Counted from the first letter of the stretch, positions 9,175 through 18,480 are shown. The stretch is DNA of 48,206 nucleotides from Acetofilamentum sp. (GCA_020720525.1 DYON01000001.1:1-48206); one strand, 5' to 3'. Made by a program: numbers and translations. Notes: generated by a model not told the origin, from the letters alone.

Positions 9175-10341
9175 CTACCAAACAAACATTTCGAGGTAAA
9201 TAATCACAACTACGCCAACCATTAAAAGTGCTTTTAATTTCGTAAATCCCTGATTTTTTTGTTCGGCATACCCTATTTTGTTGCTACTTACATCGAACCA
9301 ACCACCTGCATCGGTCAAAGTAAGTGGTAAATACAAATACGAATCGACCGCAACTCCATCTTTTTTTGCAGGCGACCCTTTCTTCAAATTGCGAATTGCC
9401 AAGGCTTTGCGTTCCTGTTCATTTGGAATTGCTCCTTCGCACGAAGCGCTGTTCATATAAAAGTCAAAAAGATGAAGATAAACCTCTTCAAATCTTTCGT
9501 TCTCAAACGTGTTGAGTAAAAGGTTCAGGATATATTCATATTGAGCATTGTTCCACGAAAAACGGCTCACAATAAAATCACAGGCCTTGCTGTACGTTTC
9601 AGGCTTTTGGTCATCCACCAAATTTTGTAGATAAAAGCTACAGGCATCAAAAAGTACTCGAGTACGCACCAAGCAACTATCCTTTTTGTCGATGTCGTCA
9701 AAAATAATGTCGTTTCAGAAAATCATATTCCGATCTGTATCCATGTTCAGGATTTGCTTCAGCATAGGCGTCGAAATCAGGAGGAATGCTGCTCTTATAA
9801 ATTTTTATACTAAAAGTCCAGAAAAAGCTTTTTCGATTGAATCAACATCGTGCTGAAGTTGCAACACCTTAAATCCAATGGTTCTTTTCAGTTGCGAAAG
9901 TAATTCACCTTTGCCTTGCTCATAATACTGGTCGCCCAGTTGCGACAAGCTGTCGATTTCAACTTCGTAGCGCTACAAATAATAGTAAACTTCATTTTCA
10001 CGCGAAGCCAAAATGTCAACATTGTAACCCAGATCAAGATGGTCAGCGCTGAACTGGATATAGCTTTCTTGATGAAAAACAAAATTCAGGAAATTATCGT
10101 CGGCCCAAAAAAGCGAATACTGACCGGTTAGTGGCATGGTGTCGGAGATAAAAAGAATGCGACCTTCCTTCGAATACATGCTGTCGACCACATTATATCC
10201 TAAACCTTCAACCGATAAAAGATAGACCATGCCGGGTCGTGGAAAATTTTTAATCTCACCTTTAAATGTAAAAGCTGGGCCTGGCTGGGCATACACTCCC
10301 GCAAAACAAAAAAGCAAAATAACTGCGACAAAATTTCTCAT
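9175..10341 (-). pseudogene. Disrupted gene for a signal-peptide protein with a C-terminal TM anchor: one 389-codon frame with three internal stops
   Basis: ORFs 9973..10383 and 9175..9672 share a frame (9975-9672=303). My translation of the gap stays in that frame and looks coding. It is interrupted only by TAG (9973-9975), TAA (9805-9807) and TGA (9715-9717). Likely start is ATG 10341 (MRNFVAVILLFCFAGVYAQ). Confidence 0.55.
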
Positions 10342-10586
10342 GACCGAGTGAATTGATACTTCAGCGATTTCAAAATTAAACAATTTCCACGCCTGAAAGT
10401 GATTTGCCTGAAATTATTTGCCAAATACCCTTCGCGAATACTTTTGGCTTGCAATCGAATTCGGATGACGTAACGATACATTATCTTACTGTTTTTATGT
10501 CTTTTACACAGTGGTCAACTCTTGGCTTTTTGTCATTGGAATTCACACTGGTCATTCATTTCATTATATTCACGTGCAGGTGAAGA

Positions 10587-10594
10587 TATATTTG
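10587..10594 (+). promoter_or_regulatory. Candidate -7 box (TATATTTG) for the lectin-domain gene pair
   Basis: Fits TAnnTTTG, 26 nt upstream of ATG 10620. No clear -33 element. Confidence 0.3.
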
Positions 10595-10619
10595 CATATC
10601 GAAACTTCATTCAAACCCC

Positions 10620-13046
10620 ATGATTATGAAATTCAAAACATTTTTGCGATTATATTTCATTCTGGTATTGGTTTTTGTAACCGTAATTTTACGGCAAGCT
10701 TTAGGGCAAGGCACTTGTGCCTCACCAAAACAAGTTGGTCCCGTGGGCGGACTTGTGGCTCCGGCATATTTTGATCAAGTAGTCAACACCAATATCAATT
10801 ATGCAGCCACCGGCATGTTGCCTTTGCCCTCATGTGGTACCATTTACCGCGAAGCTTGGTTTCGCTTCACCATTACCACCAATGCCAAAGTGGTTATTGC
10901 TGTAAAAAAGTTGTCTTCGACCACAGTGCCGCTCGACCTTGCATTCCAAGTATTGTCAGGCACCTGCGGCAGCTTGTCCGAAATTGCCTGCGTGAATAAT
11001 CTTCCCGCCAGCATGGTTCTCGACACCGAACGAATCACCTTAAACCTGACTCCAGGGACATATTACATCAGAGAATTTAAAAACACGAACAGTGCTACGG
11101 TGCTTTCGGCCAAAACAATGATTGGATACTGCGAAAATGATTTATGCACTTCACCAACACTGATTGCCTGCGGAGGGAATTATCAAGGATTCATTGGACC
11201 GGAAATTGTCACCAGCACCACCGATAATCAAACCAATTGCGGCTCCATCAACACCACCTCACCTGTCTCACCGGGCTTATGGTTTAAGTACCCTGGCGAC
11301 AGCAATGTTATTTCACTCACTTCCACAAATGCGAATTATTGTTTTCGGGTATACAGTGGCACATGTGGAAATTTCAATTGTGTATCTGGAGCAAGTCAAA
11401 ACGTGACCTTCCCCACAATGACTGGAACGGACTATTTTATTTTACTCACATTAAACAACAGTATTTCATCAACTGTATACGATTTCGATGTAAGCTGTTG
11501 TAGCCCAACAGGAGTTTCAAATTCCACAATTAGTTTTCCGCCGACTCCCGCAAACGGCTCTACTGGCATTGACCCCTGTGGGGTGATACTCAGTTATACG
11601 GCTCCTCCCTTTACTGGATGCAACATGGCTACATCATACGATATTTATTTTGGGACCATCAGCTCACCACCTTTTCTCAGCAACACTACAAATTTGTTTT
11701 ATGTTGTACCTACTGCACTTGCTGATAACACAACCTATTATTACAAAGTGGTGTCACGCAACAACTTTGGGACTGCAACAGGAACCACCATTTACTCTTT
11801 CACCACGGGCACTTCGGCCAACCCGAATTACTGCACCTATGGAACCGCCACATCGTCCACGCCCTATGGTGCCAACTGTGTGCAGCTCACTCCTGCTTCA
11901 ACACAATACTCGGCCGGTTGCACCTGGGCACGAGTTCCCATTTCGTTTAGCAATCCCTTCGACTATGAATGCGATGTTTATCTTGGTAATGAAAATGGAC
12001 TAGGCTCTGATGGTATTACACTGACCTTTCAGAATTCACCTTTGGGAATTTCAGCCTGCGGACTCGATGGCGCTCAAAAAGGAGCAGGAGGAATCGCCAA
12101 CTCATTGATTGTTGAAATTGATACCTATGACAATGACGGTGGTGCCCTCAACGACGACCCAGCCTATGACCACATTGCTGTTGAAACCGACGGATATCTC
12201 GTGGATGATCCCACAAAACCATCCACTTGGCCACATTTGCCTCAAACACCAGCCTTCGGCCCTGTGCAAGCATTGCCTGGAGGAGCCAATGTGGATGATG
12301 GCGTTTTGCGATTGCTTCGTGTCACTTGGAATCCAGTGACCATGAACTTGAATGTGTATTTCGATGGAAATCTGGCACTCACATGTCATGAGGATTTTGT
12401 GAATACCGTATTTGGTGGAAATCCCAATGTTTTTTGGGGCTTTACAGCTGCCACTGGTGCTGCCACTAACGAACACTACATTTGCCCTGTCAACATGCCA
12501 CTTCCGGTAAATCTGCTGAACTTTTCGGTCGAATGCTACAACGATCATCGACTACTCCACTGGCAAACAGCATCAGAAATCAACAATCACTATTTCACGA
12601 TTGAAAAAACAGTGGATGGCATCACCTACAATCCTCTGGCAACGATTGCTGCAGTTGGCAATAGCTCAGGCATCAATGAGTATCAATTTGAGGATGAAGA
12701 GTCCACTTGCGGATTAGCATATTACAAGCTATCGCAAACCGATTTTGATGGAAAATCAACCGTACTCGGCACCATTCAGTCCGACTGCAACAATATTTCC
12801 GAAAAACTTTCAATCACATCCATTCGTGTGAAAGACGATGGCGTGCTTGAAGTGGGTGTATCTACGAAATTGGAAGGCGAGTATTTATTTTCTATTTTCA
12901 ATGAAATCGGCCAAATTCAATTCTTCTCCTCGGTTCACCTGTTTGCAGGCATGCAAATTATCAACATTCCTTTTGAAAAAAACGGAGTGTTTCTGTTGAA
13001 CATAAAAAGTCCATACGGCCACGAAAGCCGCTATTTTGTAAAATAA
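10620..13046 (+). CDS. T9SS-secreted multidomain protein: Cys-rich N-terminal modules, FN3, L-type-lectin/ConA-like domain, C-terminal sorting domain
   Basis: 808 aa with a signal peptide. FN3-like segment ends YYYKVVSRNNFGTATG. Lectin-like core is GSDGITLTFQN...SLIVEIDTYDNDGG...DHIAVETDGY...LLRVTWNP. C-terminal beta-sandwich tail is ...GVFLLNIKSPYGHESRYFVK. Paralogous to the next gene. Confidence 0.8.
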   Translation: MIMKFKTFLRLYFILVLVFVTVILRQALGQGTCASPKQVGPVGGLVAPAYFDQVVNTNINYAATGMLPLPSCGTIYREAWFRFTITTNAKVVIAVKKLSSTTVPLDLAFQVLSGTCGSLSEIACVNNLPASMVLDTERITLNLTPGTYYIREFKNTNSATVLSAKTMIGYCENDLCTSPTLIACGGNYQGFIGPEIVTSTTDNQTNCGSINTTSPVSPGLWFKYPGDSNVISLTSTNANYCFRVYSGTCGNFNCVSGASQNVTFPTMTGTDYFILLTLNNSISSTVYDFDVSCCSPTGVSNSTISFPPTPANGSTGIDPCGVILSYTAPPFTGCNMATSYDIYFGTISSPPFLSNTTNLFYVVPTALADNTTYYYKVVSRNNFGTATGTTIYSFTTGTSANPNYCTYGTATSSTPYGANCVQLTPASTQYSAGCTWARVPISFSNPFDYECDVYLGNENGLGSDGITLTFQNSPLGISACGLDGAQKGAGGIANSLIVEIDTYDNDGGALNDDPAYDHIAVETDGYLVDDPTKPSTWPHLPQTPAFGPVQALPGGANVDDGVLRLLRVTWNPVTMNLNVYFDGNLALTCHEDFVNTVFGGNPNVFWGFTAATGAATNEHYICPVNMPLPVNLLNFSVECYNDHRLLHWQTASEINNHYFTIEKTVDGITYNPLATIAAVGNSSGINEYQFEDEESTCGLAYYKLSQTDFDGKSTVLGTIQSDCNNISEKLSITSIRVKDDGVLEVGVSTKLEGEYLFSIFNEIGQIQFFSSVHLFAGMQIINIPFEKNGVFLLNIKSPYGHESRYFVK

Positions 13047-13059
13047 AACCCTAAATAAA

Positions 13060-15333
13060 ATGAAGAGAATTTTTGCCGTATTTGCCCTATTCGTCATGTA
13101 TTCATTTGTCAGTCAACTTAATGCTCAGTATAACATGGTTGGAAGTACATTTCAAACAGGACCCAATTGCTACACCCTTACACCTGCAGTAAACTCGCAA
13201 GCCGGATCCCTTTGGAACGAAACGCAAATCAATCTCAACTATCCGTTTGACATCACTCTCAGTGTTAACTTTGGCTGTAATGATGGTGGCGCTGATGGCT
13301 TATCTTTTATCTTTCAGCCTTCAAACACTTTGGTGTCGGCAGTAGGCACCAGTTGCGGCTATGCCGGTATCGGAACGTCACTTGGAGTAGTGTTTGACAC
13401 TTATAACAACGGCCCCATTCCTATAAACAGTGCCGATGCAAATCAAAGTGGGACAACAGACCCTGTAGCTGACCATGTGTCGGTTCACACAAATGGGTAT
13501 AATCTACACGCAACAAACGCCTATGTTGGGGGCGCCATTGTCCTTGCCAATCAGATTGCCGCTCCTGTGAGTCTAGCAAATATTGAAGACTGTGCCTTTC
13601 ATTTAGTACGCATTACATGGAATCCTGTCACCAAAATACTTGAAGTCTATCTCGATGGAACGCAGTACATATCGGTTACTTACGACATTGTCAATATAGT
13701 TTTTGGCGGCAATCCAATGGTGTATTGGGGTCTTGGTGCTTCAACAGGTTCTCAAAATAATCTTCAAACATTTTGCTTGGTTCGTTTTGCCGATTTCATC
13801 TACAACAACGGTTGTAGCGGAAGTGCTACTCAGTTTACCGACATCAGCGTCTCTAATACTGCAATTGCATCTTGGCTTTGGGATTTCGGCGATGGAAACA
13901 CCTCCACACTTCAAAATCCAACACATGTGTATAACTCACCTGGTATTTACAATGTCACACTGACCATTTACGATGGCTCAGGCAACGTGCTGGGAACTCA
14001 AACTCATACCATTGAAATATATGAAGTCGACGTACAAATCACAAATCTTGCGCCTATTCTTAATCCAGGCGATTCATTAACGCTCAATGGAACCACAAAT
14101 ATATTTCCACCCAACAATTTTATCACTTCTGCCTTCACCAACACAACCGATTATCAGGTTATTGATGGTGGAGTTGCCTCCACTTGGACTGGAACGGGTG
14201 ATCTAGATGCAACGGTGTCGAGCATCAACGTCTCTGGCTTGCTTTCAGGCTGGCGCATCGACAGCATCCGCATTTCAGCCAATATTACCAGAGCACCAAT
14301 GGAAAGCCGAATTTATTTAGAAACACCCTGTGGAAACATTGTCGGAATTTTCAAAGGAGCATATACCAATACCAATCCTTCTGGAGGTTTAAATGGCAGG
14401 TTCACCAACACTTGCTTTACACCTTATTCAACCATCAACCTGCTATCGTTAACCACTTCGGCAAATCCATACACCGACCAATGGGCTTCAACTGCTGGCT
14501 GGATTTGGCCGACAATCGATAATTGTGCAACTCCCAATGGCACATGGAATCTCATTGTTGGCGACATAAGCAATACTGGCGTGCCATGGACGCAATACCT
14601 GGAGGAGTGGTCCATCTATTTTTCAAATCCCACCACACCCTTGCTCACTTATGTATGGACACCTGGAAACATCACCAACACACTTAATCCAACAGTGTAT
14701 CCAAACTCAAACGGATACTACATACTTACAGCCACCGATGCCAATGGGTGTACAGGAGCCGATTCAGTATTGGTAAGCATGCTCACTTTGCCTGTGACAT
14801 TAATCGATTTCGAGGCAACATGCATTCATGAATCTGTACTGTTATCATGGCAAACGGCTTCCGAAACAAACAATAATTTTTTCACCATTGAAAAGTCAGA
14901 TGACAATCAGAATTTTAGCGTCCTCGCCACCATTGCCGCTTCTGGCAACAGCAATAGTGTAACCGAGTATTCCTTCCTCGATGAAACCCAAGGAACTGCC
15001 ATGAAATATTACCGCTTGTCGCAAACCGACTTTGATGGAACGACTGTTCAACTTTCCTTGAAAAGCGCCTTCTGCATGAACGAAGAAGATGAATTCAGCA
15101 TTAATAGCATTTCTGCAACGAATAACAATGGCACAGAAATCAATGTCACGATTTCGTCCGAAGGATTATTCGACATCGAGATTTTCAATTCCATTGGGCA
15201 AATGGTGTATCAAAACACAGCTTGGTTTGGTGTTGGCGAACAAATTATTTCCATTCCGTTTTATAAATCTGGCGTTTATCTCCTCAACATTCAAAGCGAC
15301 AACATTCAACGCAGTCAAAAGTTTGTGCAATAG
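13060..15333 (+). CDS. T9SS-secreted multidomain protein: N-terminal L-type-lectin/ConA-like domain, PKD domain, possible P-domain-like module, C-terminal sorting domain
   Basis: 757 aa with a signal peptide. Lectin core is GADGLSFIFQP...LGVVFDTYNN...DHVSVHTNGY...HLVRITWNP. PKD motif is WDFGDGNTSTLQNPTHVYNSPGIYNVTLTI. Its C-terminal ~180 aa are collinear with the preceding protein. Confidence 0.8.
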   Translation: MKRIFAVFALFVMYSFVSQLNAQYNMVGSTFQTGPNCYTLTPAVNSQAGSLWNETQINLNYPFDITLSVNFGCNDGGADGLSFIFQPSNTLVSAVGTSCGYAGIGTSLGVVFDTYNNGPIPINSADANQSGTTDPVADHVSVHTNGYNLHATNAYVGGAIVLANQIAAPVSLANIEDCAFHLVRITWNPVTKILEVYLDGTQYISVTYDIVNIVFGGNPMVYWGLGASTGSQNNLQTFCLVRFADFIYNNGCSGSATQFTDISVSNTAIASWLWDFGDGNTSTLQNPTHVYNSPGIYNVTLTIYDGSGNVLGTQTHTIEIYEVDVQITNLAPILNPGDSLTLNGTTNIFPPNNFITSAFTNTTDYQVIDGGVASTWTGTGDLDATVSSINVSGLLSGWRIDSIRISANITRAPMESRIYLETPCGNIVGIFKGAYTNTNPSGGLNGRFTNTCFTPYSTINLLSLTTSANPYTDQWASTAGWIWPTIDNCATPNGTWNLIVGDISNTGVPWTQYLEEWSIYFSNPTTPLLTYVWTPGNITNTLNPTVYPNSNGYYILTATDANGCTGADSVLVSMLTLPVTLIDFEATCIHESVLLSWQTASETNNNFFTIEKSDDNQNFSVLATIAASGNSNSVTEYSFLDETQGTAMKYYRLSQTDFDGTTVQLSLKSAFCMNEEDEFSINSISATNNNGTEINVTISSEGLFDIEIFNSIGQMVYQNTAWFGVGEQIISIPFYKSGVYLLNIQSDNIQRSQKFVQ

Positions 15334-15345
15334 CATCGAATTTGT

Positions 15346-15353
15346 TATTTTTG
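15346..15353 (+). promoter_or_regulatory. Candidate promoter for the TPR-LytTR gene: -33 TTTG (15322-15325) plus -7 TATTTTTG
   Basis: TTTG, 20 nt, then TATTTTTG, close to the Bacteroidota TTTG-N19-TAnnTTTG architecture. The -7 box ends 31 nt before ATG 15385. Confidence 0.4.
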
Positions 15354-15384
15354 TTGTATCATAACAACTTTTCGTACAACAAAG

Positions 15385-17493
15385 ATGACAAAAAACACCC
15401 TGATTCTCTGTCTCTGTTTGCTTTCGATGGCATACAGCAATTGTTTTTCGGCCGAGGCCAACAGCTCGTCTTTCAATGGCGCTTTGAGTTATCCGACACT
15501 CGACACCCTCAATGCTGCTGACAGCATTATTGAGAAACAGAATAGTATTCTGCTTTTGGCTCGCGAAGCCAACAACAAAGCCCTATACGCCAAAATGCTG
15601 AAAGTGCTTGGAAAAACGTTCGATTCACTTGGCGTGTTCGATAAAGCTGCTGAATACTATTATCTCGCCATCAACGAATTTGATCAAATGGAAGGTACAA
15701 CTGCACCTTTTGGTCATTCTTCACCTTGGCTTTTGGTTGACTTGGGCAACTCACTATTTAAATTGCAAAGCTATAAACAGTCCATTCGTTGTTATTCTCA
15801 AGCTGCAAAGATTTTTACTGCCGAAAACAATACCGATGCTGTGATCACCTGCACCAATAATATTGGGCTGAGTTTTACCAATTCAAAGCAATATGAAAAT
15901 GCACTAAGCTATTTCGAAAGAGCCAAACAAATGGGGCAAAACAAGCAAAGAAGTGACATTGTTGCGCTTTGCAACACTTACATTGGGATTGCATACGCGG
16001 GTCTTGGAAAAAAAACGGAAGCAATTGCTTCAGCAAAATCAGCCGAGTCCTTTTATCTTTCTACCAACGATAGCGCAAATCTCATGATTGTGCACTACGA
16101 TATCGCCTCTATTTACGAGGAATTTTCGATGCCCGATTCTGCCATTTTTCATTATCAGAAAGTTAGGCTATTGGCCAATCAAAACAACACACTCGAGATT
16201 GTTTTATCATCCATGCTTTTCGAGGCAAGTTGTCAAATGCGGCAAAGCCGAGATCACGAAGCCGAAACCCTTCTTATTCCAATGCTCGAGTGGAATGAAA
16301 CGCTGAAAAAAACCGTAATTCTCACAGGTATTTATGAAGCTTTATTCGAAATTGAGCAACGAAAAGGTAACTATCAGAAAGCCCTGAATTATCACCTAAT
16401 TCTTTCGAATCTTAGAGATTCTCTGAGCCAAGTCTCAGGAATGAATAACGTTGTTATGTTCGAATATAGGGTTCGCGCCGACATGATGCTGAAGGAAATC
16501 AACTTACTTGAAGAAAACGAGAAACGAATCACCGAAGAAAAAAACAAACAACGAAACCTGACATATTTCTTGGTTTTTTCTGCTGTATTACTCATAAGCG
16601 TTTCTGTTGGTAGCCGCAAAAAACTCGGTCGTAAAGTTGAACTGGTTCGCGACTATTATTCAAACCTAAGTCAGAACGAAAAGTGGATCACAGCTGCACT
16701 CTCTGCCATTTATCTCGTTTTGTTTTTCATTGTTTTCCGAACCCCTGGTGTATCCAGCCAAACTTCATTTGAATTCAAAAATGGTTGGTTGGCTCTGCCT
16801 GGCGTGCTCGGATTGCTAGCTGTAGTTATTGCATACATTATCGTCTTTCGCCTACTGCCCAATTTACGCAAAGCTACATCGACATTTCAGGTAGTGCTTT
16901 TCGGCTGTATTGCCTTTCTTTTATTGTCTATCTCTTTATACTTCAACGCAACAGGACTGCAACTCATTCTACTTCCTGCCTCGCAAATCATTTCCATCGT
17001 CATGGTGGTTTTGGCTTCCATCATTTTGCCATTCTTTCTTTCATTAACCATCATCGAAGGATACATCATCAAACGCATGGCTGTGCGTGCATCGCAAATG
17101 ACGCAAAACTTAAAAACACTTCGACAGGAATCCAGCGAAGGTTCCATTACAGTGTTTTCAACAAAAACAAAAGATTCAATCACATTCAGAGCCGACACAC
17201 TTGTTGGAGTACAGGCTCATGGCAACTATTGCAAATTTTTTATTCAGGAAAACAGACTTTTAAAAACAAGTCTCATACTCATTCCCATCAAAAAAGTGGA
17301 GGAAATTCTTTTGCCCGACAAGCACTTCATCCGATGTCACAAATCATTTCTGATAAACATCAGCTACATCAATCGGATTCTTGGAAACTCAAGAGGATAT
17401 CAAATAATCACTGGGGTTCTCGACTTTCAGGTGCCAGTCTCACGCAGCTTTCAGTCCGATTTGAAAAACAGAATAGAGGAATTGAAAAAATAA
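15385..17493 (+). CDS. Membrane-bound one-component regulator: signal peptide, TPR repeats, coiled coil, about 5 TM helices, C-terminal LytTR DNA-binding domain
   Basis: 702 aa. TPR-like A/Y/L-periodic repeats span roughly aa 60-340. Hydrophobic helices include LTYFLVFSAVLLISVSV, WITAALSAIYLVLFFIVF, LPGVLGLLAVVIAYIIVF, VVLFGCIAFLLLSISLYF and IISIVMVVLASIILPFFLSLTII. The LytTR-like end reads VQAHGNYCKFF...FIRCHKSFLINISYI. Confidence 0.8.
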   Translation: MTKNTLILCLCLLSMAYSNCFSAEANSSSFNGALSYPTLDTLNAADSIIEKQNSILLLAREANNKALYAKMLKVLGKTFDSLGVFDKAAEYYYLAINEFDQMEGTTAPFGHSSPWLLVDLGNSLFKLQSYKQSIRCYSQAAKIFTAENNTDAVITCTNNIGLSFTNSKQYENALSYFERAKQMGQNKQRSDIVALCNTYIGIAYAGLGKKTEAIASAKSAESFYLSTNDSANLMIVHYDIASIYEEFSMPDSAIFHYQKVRLLANQNNTLEIVLSSMLFEASCQMRQSRDHEAETLLIPMLEWNETLKKTVILTGIYEALFEIEQRKGNYQKALNYHLILSNLRDSLSQVSGMNNVVMFEYRVRADMMLKEINLLEENEKRITEEKNKQRNLTYFLVFSAVLLISVSVGSRKKLGRKVELVRDYYSNLSQNEKWITAALSAIYLVLFFIVFRTPGVSSQTSFEFKNGWLALPGVLGLLAVVIAYIIVFRLLPNLRKATSTFQVVLFGCIAFLLLSISLYFNATGLQLILLPASQIISIVMVVLASIILPFFLSLTIIEGYIIKRMAVRASQMTQNLKTLRQESSEGSITVFSTKTKDSITFRADTLVGVQAHGNYCKFFIQENRLLKTSLILIPIKKVEEILLPDKHFIRCHKSFLINISYINRILGNSRGYQIITGVLDFQVPVSRSFQSDLKNRIEELKK

Positions 17494-17548
17494 ACGTCTC
17501 GTTAGTAAATGGCTGAATGAAACGTTCATTTGATTATAAATCAAGCTC

Positions 17549-18480
17549 CTACAACTGTTTTACTGGAATGCAAATGTCAAGAATGAATTTCTTTTCTGGA
17601 TGCTCGAGGTGATTGTTGTAGTATAATTCGTATGGCAACCCTTCGCTAGGTTGAAAGCCACTTTCGGTAAGCCACAGACACATGGTATTCCAAGCTTCCG
17701 TAAACCCTGTAGCTGCAATTTCGAAGCGCCCAGCCGCATGCATCCCCGAAGGCAAATCTATGCGCCCAATTTCGCCTTCTGCTTTCACATCGTTGTCGAT
17801 GGTAATACAGGCACTTTGTCGCAAGTTTTCCATACTCGTCACCGAAGGGTCATCGTGATACACAGTGGCCGTTTTGAAATTTGAGATTGCAACAGCCCGC
17901 GTGGGCCTGCCCACTGCATCAACTTTCCATACGCTGCACCAATTTGATCAAATGCGCCGGTATGTCGCACATAAAGCAACTTTAACGCCGGCATTTCTTT
18001 CACTTCAATGTTTGTTTTCATAGAGATTTTCCTTTCTTCGTTTGATTTGACGAAGCAAAGGTCGGCATCAGTTTTCTGGCTCAGTTGACCTTCCTTGCTC
18101 AACGATTGACGAATCTTGCTCAATTCATCGCCTTTAATCATTCTAAAATCGACAGCGCTGACAGAAAAAACCTCTCTGAACGTACGACAAAATACGGGCA
18201 TCGAAGTGTAACCACATAGATCAGACACTTTCGAAACTGGCATGTCAGGATAATTTAATAGCATCCGTGCAGCCTTTTCAGCTCTAATTCTTCTAACGTA
18301 GGCATTAATCGGCTCCCCTATCATGGCCGAAAAAATCTGGTGAAAATGAAAAGGCGAGAACCCAGCCACCGAAGCCAAAACATTCAAATCAATATTGTCT
18401 TGTAAGTGATTATCTGTATAATCCATAACACGGTTGATCCGTGCAATATACTCTCGTCTTGATTGTTCACTGCGACTCAT
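17549..18480 (-). pseudogene. AraC-family regulator with GyrI-like effector domain, split by a 1-nt frameshift
   Basis: ORF 17839..18534 carries the AraC HTH and the start of a GyrI-like domain. ORF 17549..17914 carries the rest (VYHDDP...) in the -1 frame. The span from ATG 18480 to the stop is 932 nt (3n-1). The shift maps to the A3 run at 17880-17882; one more A would give ...GLLQSQNFKTATVYHDDP. Confidence 0.65.

Noticed and set aside
9715-9975. Stop-codon reassignment or programmed read-through as an explanation for the three in-frame stops
   Set aside because: All three stop codons end conserved genes at the expected length in this same window: tig ends in TAG, clpP in TAA and dnaB in TGA. 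A genetic-code change is therefore not supported, and pseudogenisation or sequence error is simpler.
10511-10774. 87-aa ORF overlapping the promoter and 5' end of the first lectin gene
   Set aside because: It is in a different frame from the signal-peptide-bearing ORF that starts at 10620, has no motifs, and spans the candidate promoter.
16785-17516. 243-aa alternative-frame ORF overlapping the 3' half of the TPR-LytTR gene
   Set aside because: The translation is His/Ser/Cys-rich with no motifs. The overlapping frame encodes clean TM helices and a LytTR domain, so this ORF is spurious.
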